This document shows, one piece after another, positions 14,401 through 27,373 of a stretch of DNA of 64,000 nucleotides. Position numbers and translations under genes: made by a program. Source of the stretch: Octopus vulgaris (lineage: Eukaryota); contig OX597839.1 of NCBI GenBank assembly GCA_951406725.2, forward strand, positions 26,412,001-26,476,000. Reading direction: 5' to 3'. Within the stretch, counting starts at the first letter, position 1; every line of letters begins with the position of its first letter. The notes below the pieces were generated by a model, which did no database searches, was not told the origin of the DNA, and saw nothing but the letters and a program-made list of their open reading frames with translations.

Positions 14401-16221
14401 GGCGTTAGGAAAGGCACCCAGGTGCAAAAATCCTGCCAAAACAGTCACAGAAGTCCAGTGGAGGCTTTGGCTTGGCCGGCTTTAGTGGCACTGCCCCACC
14501 CTTGCTAGCATGGAACGTGGATGTTAAATGATGATGATGTGATCTATATGTATATTTCACACTTTCGTAATCTCTACACAAGCAATATGTAACCTGTATC
14601 TGTCCTTTTAGAGAAATAACAAAACTAGATAGCATGGTTTACACTGTATAATTTTTGGGTTGGCATCCTTTTTGTCTCGGGAGACAATGGAGTTGCGCAT
14701 GAAGTAGTCTAGTCCGGCTTTTACATTTCATGTCCTGATACATTTCCTGCTGTGGCTGTGTAGTCCTATCCTGGACAAACACTCCCTCTGGCAGGTACCG
14801 CAAATGTAGCGAAGACTGTTCCTGGCTGGTTGTAGTGTCATAGTTTCTTGTTGACGTCTTTTCCTGTCTTTCCATTTCTTCTCTCTCTCTCTGTCACTCC
14901 TTTGTATTCCCTCTCCTACGGTACGTCGCCAGTCTCCACGGTTGCCGGCAACTGCCTCCCAACCGCTAATATTGATGTTGCAGGCCTTCATGTCCCTTTT
15001 GCAAACATCCTTGTAACGTAAGAGCGGTCTACCCACAGACCTAGTACCCCTAGCAAGCTCTCCGTAGAGTATGTCCTTGGGGATTCTGCCATCTTTCATA
15101 CGGCTAACATGCCCAAGCCATCTCATACGTCTTTGTGTGAGGAGTGCAAACATGCTTGGTATTCCTGCTTGCCTGAGGACATCTTTGTTGGGGATATGGT
15201 TCTGCCACTGTATAATATTGGATGTTTTAAACAGCAACATACATTTAGGCTGGAGAATTCAAACAGAGAAACGAAGAACAGGTTTCATTAGCATCCTATA
15301 TATTATTAACTAACGATGCTTTTTTGACTACATAAAACAAACTTATTATCAGAGAGAGATTAAAAAGAAAGAAAAAAAGGGCAAAAAAAAGGATCTTACT
15401 GCACACAGCGCGACTGTTTAACAGAGCGGGCACGACATGAATTACAAACTCGCATATCAGGCTTCACCTCTGCTTCAGTAAGAGAATACATTGAACAATC
15501 GGTCAAAGAGATTGGACGACTCATGCTGAAATTCTCCAGTTGAACTTTACACAATGCGCATTGATGTACGCCTCCACCAGCTGAAGAGAAAAACAGAGCA
15601 GAGTGAGAGTGAGGTAAAAAAACAAACCAATATTTTATGTATGCACACAGGAGTAAGCACATAAAAGCAAAACAAGGTGGGAAAAAATGGTACTCGAATA
15701 CCGAAGGTAGAGTAAGATGCTTTTATATTACAGCTGCAAAAACATAACAAAAACTGTTACTCAGAGCTTTTGTGATGTTTTTGCAGCTTTAATGTATATA
15801 TATATATATGTATATATAAAATATTATTAGAGACAAAACCACTATTTTGCAAAACAAACAAGGAAAGACTTAATCAATACATAAAATTTTAATAAATAGT
15901 CAAAAAAACCGCCACTACAATCGTTTCTTGTCTTGATCGACAATCTTCAGGTGGACTTCCAATAAGTCAGTTTCATAATTTGAAACTGACTTATTGGAAG
16001 TCCACCTGAAGATTGTCGATCAAGACAAGAAACGATTGTAGTGGCGGTTTTTTTGACTATTTATTAAAATTTTATGTATTGATTAAGTCTTTCCTTGTTT
16101 GTTTTGCAAAATAGTGGTTTTGTCTCTAATAATATTTTATAATATTTTACTATAAAATTGGATTTAATCCTAAATCTGATTTTTTTTCCCTGTAAATTTG
16201 GATTTATTCCCTGATATTTAT

Positions 16222-16286
<65 letters not shown>

Positions 16287-16291
16287 GTATA

Positions 16292-16346
<55 letters not shown>

Positions 16347-17086
16347 TATAATGCCTTTACTGTTATGGAATGGTGTAATAAAGTATTGATTGGGTATCAT
16401 CTGTTGGTTGATGTTTGATTGATTTAAGTATGTTTCTCCATTTTCTAATTTTATACACACATATAATATTTTACTGATTAAGTCAGTGATAAGATTAAGA
16501 TTAAGAGTGGAAGTAAGAAACAGCTTTATAGATAAGAATGAATAGTAAATAACTAACCATCAGAATCTGTTGATCCAGAAACTGTTGTAATATCTGTAAT
16601 TTCGGAGAGTTCTTCACTTTCCTTATCAGGTTCTTTTTTAACACTGCTACAAATAAATAAAGAGAAAAACTGAAGAAAACAAAAACAAAACAAAACAGAA
16701 AAAAAACCATTTCCAACACAGGCACAGTATTTGACTGATACTTTAATTATCCCTGAGAAATGGAAGGCAAAGTCTGCCCTAGCAGGGTTTGAACCCAGAG
16801 CATGAAGGCCCATTATTAAATACAAGAGGATTTTGTCTAATGCCTTCACAATTCTGCCATGAAGGTCTGAAATTTGAGGAAGGGAGGGAGGGGGCTAGTT
16901 GATTACATTAACCCTAGTTCTCAACTGGTACTTATTTTGCTGACCCTGAAAGTAGGAGAGGCAAAGTCAATCTCGGTAGGAATTGAACACAGAATATGAA
17001 GACCAATGAAACATCACTAAGCATTTTGTCCGACACAGTAATGATTCTGCTAACTCAATAATAATAATAATAATAAATAATAAATA

Positions 17087-17117
<31 letters not shown>

Positions 17118-19051
17118 TACCTTCAATTACAGGCACAGGACCTGAAATTTTGGGGGAGGGGGCCAGTCGATTAGATTGACTCCAGTATGCAACTGGTACT
17201 TAATTTTTCTACTCCAAAAGGATGAAAGGCAAAGTCAACCTCGGTGAAATTTGAACTTAGAACATAGTGATGGGCAAAATACAGCTGGACATTTTGTCCC
17301 AGTGTGCTAACGATTCTGCCAGCTTGCCGCCTTTATCCTTTTATTTATTTCTGTCAATTGACTGTGGCTATGCTGGAGCACTGCCTTAAGTCAAACACAT
17401 CGACCCCCAGAACTTATTCTTTGTAAGCCACACCAGCGAGACTCCTGGTGGTTTGGTGCGCTTGAAAAGACACGTTAAGCTAAGTAAAAGCGTGGCCACC
17501 CTTGCATACAGGCTTGTCCCTAGCAACCGTCTCCAACTGAGCATCTCTAATCTTGCAGGCTCATAGGTGCTGGTGCCACACAAAAAGCATCTGTGCTGGT
17601 GCTGTGTGTAAGCATCCAGTACCCTCTGTAAAGTGGTTGACATTAGGAGGGGCATCCAGCCATAGAAACCATGCCCAAAACAGACCTGAACAGCCCTTCA
17701 GCTGGTCAGCTTTTGTCAAACTGTCCAACCCATGCCAGCAAGGAAAGCGGATATTAAATGTTGATGATGACAATGATATCGAAATCTCAAAGCTATGAGA
17801 AAATCCAAAATTAATTCAAAACAATCATCATCATCATCATCATTGTTTAACATGTTTTCCGTGCTAGCACGGGTTGGACAGTTCAACCGGGATCTGGGAA
17901 GCCAGGGCTGCACCAGGCTCCAGTCTGATCTGGCAGTGTTTCTACAGCTGGATGCCCTTCCTAACACCAATCACTCCGTGAGAGTAGTGGGTGTTCTTTA
18001 CGTGCCACTGGCACAGAAGCCAGTCAAGGCAGCGCTGGGATCGGCCACGTTTGGATGGTGCTTTTTATGTGCCACCAGCACAGGTATCATAACTACAATT
18101 TCCATTTGATATTTACTTTGATGTTGATGTACTGTGAATAAATAAGCATTAACACTTGACAGAGTAATCTGAAAGCAACAGAGCTGCACAGGCTGTATCT
18201 AAACCAAATAATTTTAGCCATTTTATATTCAAACTGGTCAGATCCAGCCTCTCACACCTACCCGACAATGTCACTCTACAAATAAACAATCACATCATTT
18301 AAGTCCCAAAAGCTACGAGATAACGGACGATTAATTGAAAACAATGTGAATAAATAAGCATCACATTCGACAGAGTAAGGTGAACGCTAAACAGTTAACG
18401 AATGTTCATTTGTTCAGCTCCGTTCATCAGTTGCAGCACAGACATGATGAACATAATAAACGAAACTGGACATGACATAACCTAATGGACAGGCATTACA
18501 CACGTCTCTTACAAGGGTCAGTTTCCCCTGCATTTTAACAACAACAACAACATACAATAAATATAAAGGAAGCACTCCGTCGGTTACGACGATGAGGGTT
18601 CCGGTTGATCCGAATCAACGGAACAGCCTGCTCGTGAAATTAACGTGTAAGTGGCTGAGCACTCCACAGACACGTGCACCCTTAACGTAGGGGATATTCA
18701 GCGTGACAAGGCCGGCCCCTTGAAATACAGGTACAACAGAAACAGGAAGTAAGAGTGAGAGAAAGTTGTGGTGAAAGAGTACAGCAGGGATCACCACCAT
18801 CCCCTGCCGGAGCCTCGTGGAGCTTTTAGGTGTTTTCGCTCAATAAACACTCACAACGCCCGGTCTGGGAATCGAAACCGCGATCCTATGACCGCGAGTC
18901 CGCTGCCCTAACCACTGGGCCATTGCGCCTCCACATACAATAAATACTGAAGCTATAGATACATACTTATTAGTTGTACTAGCTGAACTAGTTGTTGAGG
19001 TGGCAGTGGTTGTAGTTGTGGCAGTTGAGGAGGTTGTGGTGGTGGTGGTGG

Positions 19052-19085
<34 letters not shown>

Positions 19086-22000
19086 AATGCTGCCGGCACA
19101 GCTGCTGTTGTTGGAGTTGTTGGCATTGTCATCGGATTCCTCTTTCGATGGGGTCTCCTCTTTGACACCATCCAAGGGTCTACTCACAGACGGCTTTACA
19201 GAAGAAGAGCAGAGGGGGGAGGAAGAAGCAAAGAAAAGAAGACAAACATTAGTATGACAATATTGACTAATAACATCAACTTTAAAGGGTCTGACATTAC
19301 TTCATCTTTTACGGCGACTATAAACAAGGGCCCTGACTTTCTAGGGGTTGAGGGGTTTATATGAACAGGCAATTTTTTGATCGGTATTTTTTTTTTATTC
19401 TTCTACTTGTTTCAGTCATTTGACTGCAGCCATGCTGGAGCACTGCCTTTAGTCGAACAAATCGACCCCAGGACTTATTCTTTGTAAGACTAGCACTTAT
19501 TCTATCGGCCTCTTTTGCCGAACCGCTAAGTTACGGGGACATAAACACACCAGCATCGGTTGTCAAGTGATGGTGGTGGGGACAAACTCATACAAATATA
19601 TCCAAATGGCAGTGCCCCAGCATGGCTACAGCTACTGAGCTGAAACTAGATAAAAAAAAAAAATATATATACGATGGGCTTCTTTCAGTTTCCATCTACC
19701 AAATCCACTCACAAGGCTTTGGTTGACCCACGGTGCCATAATAAAAGACACTTGACCAAGGTGTCACGCAGTGGGATTGAACCCAAGACCACATGCTTGG
19801 GAAGTAAGCTTCTCAACCACAGATGCCTGCTGATTCAACTTCAAATATTCTTTGATAGAAGGTAGCAATTGGTTCCTTCCAAGTACTGCTTTTCCAAACC
19901 TTATTCTGTTGTGCAGTTTAACATCACCATGGGGCACCTTGGTTGCCTTCAGCAAAGTCTCCATTGCAGAAATTCGCTAAAAGCTCCTGGTTTGAGAATA
20001 CTTCCTGCTCTCCCTCCCCTGATTCTGTTGTATTTTTCTCGGAGTCAAGAGCAAATACACCATTATGTACATAATCTAATTGCCACACATTAATAGGAGG
20101 AGGAAGTCTGTGGAATTTCTATGGATTGCTAAACAAATTTAGACAAGGTGCGTGGCACCTTGGGCAAGTGTCTTCTACTATAGTCGCAGGCCAACCAAAG
20201 CCTTGTGAGTGGATTTGGTAGACGGAAACTGAAAGAAGCCTGTCGTATATATGTATATATATATGCGTGTGTGTGTGTTTGTGTGTCTGTGTTTGTCCCC
20301 CTAGCATTGCTTGACAACCGATGCTGGTGTGTTTACGTCCCCGTTACTTAGCGGTTCGGCAAAAGAGACCGATAGAATAAGTACCGGGCTTACAAAAGAA
20401 TAAGTCCCGGGGTCGAGTTGCTCGATTAAAGGCGGTGCTCCAGCATGGCCGCAGTCAAATGACTGAAACAAGTGAAAGAATATAATCAAATGAAACCTCA
20501 AGTATTGTGACAGACGGTAGCAACTGGTCCACGACTTACCTGTGGCTTAGGGAAAGCTCTTCGTTTCTTTACACCTTGCTTTCGTAATAACTGTTTAAAA
20601 TTTTCATTCTTTTTCGTTAAGTAATAATGCAATATACAATCAGCAACAGTCTGAAACAGAACATAACAACAATTCATGAAGCATTCGTCTCTCTTTAACC
20701 CTTTAGTATTTAAACCGGCCATATCCGGCCAAAATAGTTAATCTGTTTTATGTTCAAACTGACCAGATCCAGGCTCTCACACCTACTCTACAATGTTATT
20801 CTACATTAGGTAATTACACCATCAAGATCTTGAAGATATGAGAAAATGCATGATTAATACAAATCAATGGGAACCAATAGGCATTATGTTTGATTGAATA
20901 ATCTGAACACTAAAGGGTTAAACCAGTGGCCCTCGGTCAGGGTCTGTATGACCATTGGTGGGGAGACATAGGATCTACAAGTGTTGGGACTCACGGGGGT
21001 GGGGGTGGGGGATATGACAGAAGGTAAATACCATAATGTCTATATGGCACTTTCAACTTATTTGATCCGTGTGCATTCATATGTGAAACTTTTGGGTAAA
21101 GAAGAATGTCCCAATACATCTTTGCTCTGTTTCCCTTTTCCTGATCAAATCACTGTTGTCTAGTCCAATTCTGGGCTTCCACACATTGTAAGTATATAAG
21201 GTGAATTTTGTGTGTGTATTTAGAGTTGAATTGGAGATTAACCATGATGCACTGGTATCTTAGCTTTCTTTTTTTGCATTAATTTATGAATCTACAATTG
21301 TATCACATAATGTTGAGCATACACATCAATGTGTATGTTTAATTTCTTGCAGGCTGAAATTAATGCTACACCATCATCATCATCATTTAATGTCCGCTTT
21401 CCATGCTAGCATGGGTTGGACGATTTGACGGAGGTCTGGCGAACCAGATGGCTGCACCAGGCTCCAATCTGATCTGGCAGAGTTTCTACAGCTGGACGTC
21501 CTTCCTAACATGAAGAAGATTATGAAACAGCTGTTATCACCTGGAAGTTAGATTGAGAAAATAAATCTAGCTTTACGTCTCACAGCCCTTATATACATAT
21601 TGGCTGGTGCCAGTGCTGCCTTCTGTGCCGGTGGCATGTAAAAAGCACCATCCAATTGTGGCTGATACCAGCTCCCCTGCCCCCTGTGCCGGTGGCATGG
21701 AAAAAGCATCCACTAGACCTTCGGAGTGATTGGTGTTAGGGAGGGCATCCAGCAGTAGAAACACTGCCAGATCAGACTGGAGCCTGCTGCAGCTTCTTAG
21801 CCTCCCAGACCCCAGTCGAACCGTACACACACAGAAAGAAAAGGAGGGAAGAAGATACCACATTTTATATATATATATATATATATATTGCTACTCCAAA
21901 ATATTAGCATTTCACAGTCTAGGTAGGTGGCGCTGCAAGCTGATCTAGGCAGAGTGAACTCAGTTTGAACGTGCATCAAGCATATTTGGACTGATAATGA

Positions 22001-25000
22001 CATTACAATTCTACTTATCGCTTAGAACTCCTCATTCATAATATATATAGGTATATCACCGTGACCAACCAGGCTATCAGATGTTGTTACACATCGCTGG
22101 TCACAATGTGCTTCGCATTGTTTTAGCCTTCAAATGACGCCGCCCCGCTGGCTAAGCGAGCAGGCCAACAGAAGAAAGAGTGAGAGAAAGTGGCGAAAGA
22201 GTACAGCAGGTATCGCCACCACCCCGTGCCGGAGCCTCGTGGAGCTTTAGGTGTTTTCGCTCAATAAACACTCACAACGCCCGGTCTGGGAATCGAAACC
22301 GTGATCCTATGACCGCGAGTCCGCTGCCCTAACCACTAGGCCATTGCGCCTCCACAATATATATATATATATAATTGATAAAGTTTATTATAGGTATAAA
22401 GATACCATAAGCAAGTATAAAAATGGAGAAAAGATGTTAAAAAAGCAAAATTGGATTTAATACATATGAACGTTTCAAAAGACAATACAAATATGTAAGA
22501 AAAAAAAAAAAATAATAATTATAATTAAAGTTATGTATTGTCATTATGAAAAATTTAAGAAAGAACATCAAAAAAATTATTAAGTCGATAAGGAAAAACA
22601 AATGGGGTAAGAGGGAAAATTCAACTGGATATTTAGGAATAAGTTGTAAAAGGGGGAAAAAAAAATAAGAGAAACGAAAAAGAAAGACATATCAATGTGT
22701 ATGCAAGTCTATTTGTGCAAAAAAATCTGTAACTTAATATATGTCTAACGGATATATACTTGTTTCTCATTTAGACACAACGCAAACAATTTTGAGAGAG
22801 CGGGGTTAGGTGATTACATCTTCCCCCAGTTTGTCACTCCCCCAGATAGAACCAATAAAATAGGGTTTCACTTCATAGAAGTGAGCCAGAGTAGATCAGC
22901 AAGAGGACTTCCAAAACACCTGGACTCACCTTTCTTTCTAAAAATGAAGCAATTAAACAGAAATTTTTGGGATGTTGGAGGTATTTTTCTTTGAAAATCA
23001 TTTTTTCTGGTTGAGTCCAAATATTTAAATGCTGCCTTTCTTTAAATTCAGCCATAGGATCTTCAATCAAGCCGTTATTATTGATAAACTTTAAACTCCG
23101 TGATCGAGCATCCAGCATCATGGGTGGCACCACAGCGTAGCTCCGCATCTTCTTGTCTTCCTCCTGAAAAACAGATAAAACAAAATTGAAGTCAAATCAA
23201 ATACTAATTACAAATGAAGAACAACAGCAACATATTTTGACAGAAGGCCCAGTATTTTCAGGGTAGGGGATAAGTCAGTTACATTGAGCCCAAATGTTCA
23301 GCTGGTACTTTTTTTTTATCGACCCTGAAAGAACGAACGGCAAAGTTGGCCACGATGGAATCTGAACTCAGAACAGAAACTTGGATGAAATACTGTTTAG
23401 CATTTCACTTGATGTGCTAACAATTCTGTCAACTTGTCACCTTATTATTATAATAATAATAATAATAATCCTTACTACCACAGGCACAAGGCCTGAAATT
23501 TTGGGGGAGGGAATAGTTGATTACATTGACCTCAGTACATAACTGGTACTTATTTGTTTTCTACTCTAGGCACAAAGCCCAACATTTTAGGGGAGCAAAC
23601 CAGTCGATTAGATCAACCCCAGTACATAACTGGTACTTATTTGTTTTCTACTCTAGGTACAAGACCCAAAATTTTGGGAGAGCAAGCCAGTCGATTAGAT
23701 CAACCCCAGTACGCAACTGGTACTTAATTTGTTGACCTTGAAAGGATGAAAGGAAAAGTCAACCTTGGCAGAATTTGAACTCAGAACGTAAACACAGACG
23801 AAATACCGCTAAGCATTTCACCCAGCGTGCTAATGTTTTTGCCAGCTCACCACCTTAAATAATAACAACAACAACAATAATTGTTTCTAACGTAGGTAGA
23901 AGGCCAACGGCTTTTAAGTGTGTAGGAGGACAGTCAACCTCATGGATTGGTACTTTTATTTCATCGATCCCAGAAAGATGAAGGGTGAAGTTAACTCTGG
24001 CGGAAATTGAACAAAGAATGGGCTCACAATTTCATTGTCCAACCACATGGTTCAGTTCCCCCGTGTAGCACCCTGAGGCAAGCATCTTCTTCTGTAGCAC
24101 CAGGCTGACCAAAGCCACACGAGCGGATTGGAAAGATGGAAACTGAAAGAAGCTTACCATATACATGCATGCATATGTACCCCCCCGCCACTAAATGAAG
24201 ATAATTTCATATCAAAAGCAGGCACAGCCGTGTAGCTAAATAGTTTGCTTAACAGCCACGGGTTTTGAGTTCTTCCACTCCACTATGTTGTACACTGAAC
24301 ACGTCTTCTACAATGCCTTATAAGAGAGTTTAACCCTTTAGTGTTCAGATTATTCTGTCAAATGTGATGTCTGTTTATTTAAAATGGTTTGAATTAATCC
24401 TGGATTATCTTGTAGTTTAGAGATTTCAGTTATGTGATTTTTTAGTTTTAGAATGACATGGTAGGGCTGCGGTGAGAGGCGAGATCTGGTCAGTTTCAAT
24501 ATAAAACAGATTAAATATTTTGGCCAGATATGGCCGGTTTGAATGCTAAAGGGTTAATAGCCTGAAACTGCATAAAGCTTGTGGCAGATATGACGGTACT
24601 ATCTGTCACTGCCCAAGTGAAGTAGTGTTGATGATGTTGACAATGGCATGCTTTCTTGACATTACAACTGCCTGCTTTGCACTTTCAAAGAGCTGTGGAA
24701 TATAAAATTCCTGTACCTGGAAAACAAGTGAGGGTTGGTGGCAGGAAAGGCATCTAGGCATAAAAATTAGGCCTCAAAATCAATTCCTATGCTAGTTATA
24801 GAGAAACAAGTCTTTTAACTTTTTTTAGCATTTAAGCTGTTCATATCTGGCCCAGGTATTCTAGCTGATTTATGAATGAACCTGCCAGATCTGGCTTCTC
24901 ACATCTACCCTACAATGTCATTCTAAAAAACATAAAAAGCATTGGTAATGGTGCCATGTAAAGAGCACCCGGTACGCTCTGTAAAGTGGCAGGTGTTAGG

Positions 25001-27325
25001 AAGGGCCTCCGGTTGTAAAAAACCATGCCAAAACAGACAATGGAATGTAGCGTGGCCACTGGCCTTACCAGCTCCTGTCAAACTGGACAACCCATGCTAG
25101 CATGGGAAACAGACATGATGATGATGAGTATTATTATTATTAATATTATTTAAGGTGGCGAGCTGGCAGAATCATTAGCATGCCAGGCAAAATGCTTAGC
25201 GGCATTTGATCCATCCTTATGTTCCGAGTTCAAATTCTGCCGAGGTCAATTTTGCCTTTCATCCTTTCAGGGTCAAAAAATTAAGTATCAGTGAAATACT
25301 GGGGGTCGATGTAAACTACTGGCCCCCTCCACTAAAATTTCAGGCCTTGTGCCTTTAGTAGAAAGGATTATTATGATCATCAGCATCATTACTATAATGA
25401 TAATGATGACGACATTGAAATCTCAAAGCAACAAGAAAATGCATAATTAATGCTAGCATGGAAAGCGGACGCTAAATGATGATGATGACGATTGTTATTA
25501 TTATTGCCACACAAATTTTAAACTACACTTGTAATGTCCTTTTCATCTGATACTCCTGTGGCAAATAAATCAGTATCATCATCATCATCATCATCCTCAT
25601 CAATTGAAACACATGCGAATAAATAAGCATTACATTTGGCAGAGTAATCTGAATGCTAAACAATTAATATTAACGATATATATATGTGTATTTATTGCTC
25701 TACCTCTTTTATGCTCAAACCAACCAGATCCCGCCTCTTATACCAACCCTACAATATTATTTTAGATATAATCCCATCATCGAAATCTCAAAGCCACGAT
25801 TAATTTAAAACAATGTCAATAAATAAACCCATTGTGTATATATGCATGTGTGTGTGTGCATATCCAGTAAGTTCACCGTCATCAATTCATCCCAGGGAAA
25901 GTTCACCGTCATCATTTCATTTTTTTTTCTTTTTTCAATAAAATAGCTTTTAACTATTAATGGTGAGGTCTATGGACAAATTTTCTCGGTGAACTCACCT
26001 GCGATGAACTGATGGTAGTGAACTTACCTGTAATCAGGTGTGTGCGTTATTGTCCCCTTGAAAGTTGTAAGTGAGTATCACATAATGCAAGCAGTCTCCT
26101 TTATTTCCAATATTTTGTGAAAATATATTATTGGTCACGGGAAAATATTACAGTTTTTGAAGTGCCTTGCTCAAAAACAACATACTGCCTCACTCAGGAA
26201 ATGAACCGGCAATCTTATGATTGTGGGTTCTACACTTTCACCCACTAGGCCAAACACCTTTACTTTAAAAGATGTAAACATTTCTATATAGTTGGAGCAC
26301 AAGGTAGACCAGTGGTTCACAGCCTTTTTAATATCCAGGCCAGATCTAAAACTGGATTGCTTTAGCGGGGCACACCCCCAAAAAAGTGAAACCCAAGTCA
26401 ATTACGGAAAAGTCCATTATATTTATAAAGGGAAGACTGGTGATGGCCCAGAAGGATGTTGAGTGTACGAGAAACGCTGTTGTAAATGGTTGTAAGGGGG
26501 TAAAGACCCCCTTCGGTCATGAATGATCATGGGATTGCACCTAGAAAGTTACCCTCCTAGACACAAGTCCGGGCAAGGTTGTTTATGGAAGACCAGCAGT
26601 CGCCCATGCATACCAGCCTCCCTCTCCACACCACCAGTGTTATCCAAGGGAAAGACAAAGGTCGATACAGCTTGGCACCAGTGACGTCGCAACTCATTTC
26701 TACAGCTGAGTGAACTGGAGCAACGTGAAATAAAGTGCTTTGCTCATGAACACAACACGCAGCCCGGACCGGGATTCGAGCTCACAACCTCACGATCGTA
26801 AGCTCGACGCTCTAACCACTGAGCCTGTAGCTAAATCTAATTTTCCCCGCTTAGCAGACTCAGTGATAATAAGTAGCTGGAGTTAACCAAGTGTAAATAT
26901 GGTTGAGCAGAAGAATATATTCTGATCCTAGTTCAATACAATTAGCTTTATCAATATGTCAATCACGGTTATGGGACCAGTAGCATAATTATCTATTCCT
27001 GATGACAACGGTTATGTGTTAGCACCTTCTGGGCTGCAGTGGGGTTCCCAATGGCATTTTTCAAGTCAATAATTCAGTCGGGTTTCTTGGAATTTAGGGG
27101 ATGATGAAAATTATCACACAATGGCACAAGCATGGTAAGAAGTTTGCTTGGCAGCCACATGGTTCTGGGTTCAGTCTCACTGCGTGGCACCTCGGGCAAG
27201 TGTCTTCTACTACAGCCTCAGACTGACCGAAGCCTTGTGCGTGGATTTTGTAGACAGAAACTGAAAGAAACCCATCACGTGTATGTATGTATATATGCAT
27301 GTATGTATGAATGTATGTGTGTGTG

Positions 27326-27373
<48 letters not shown>

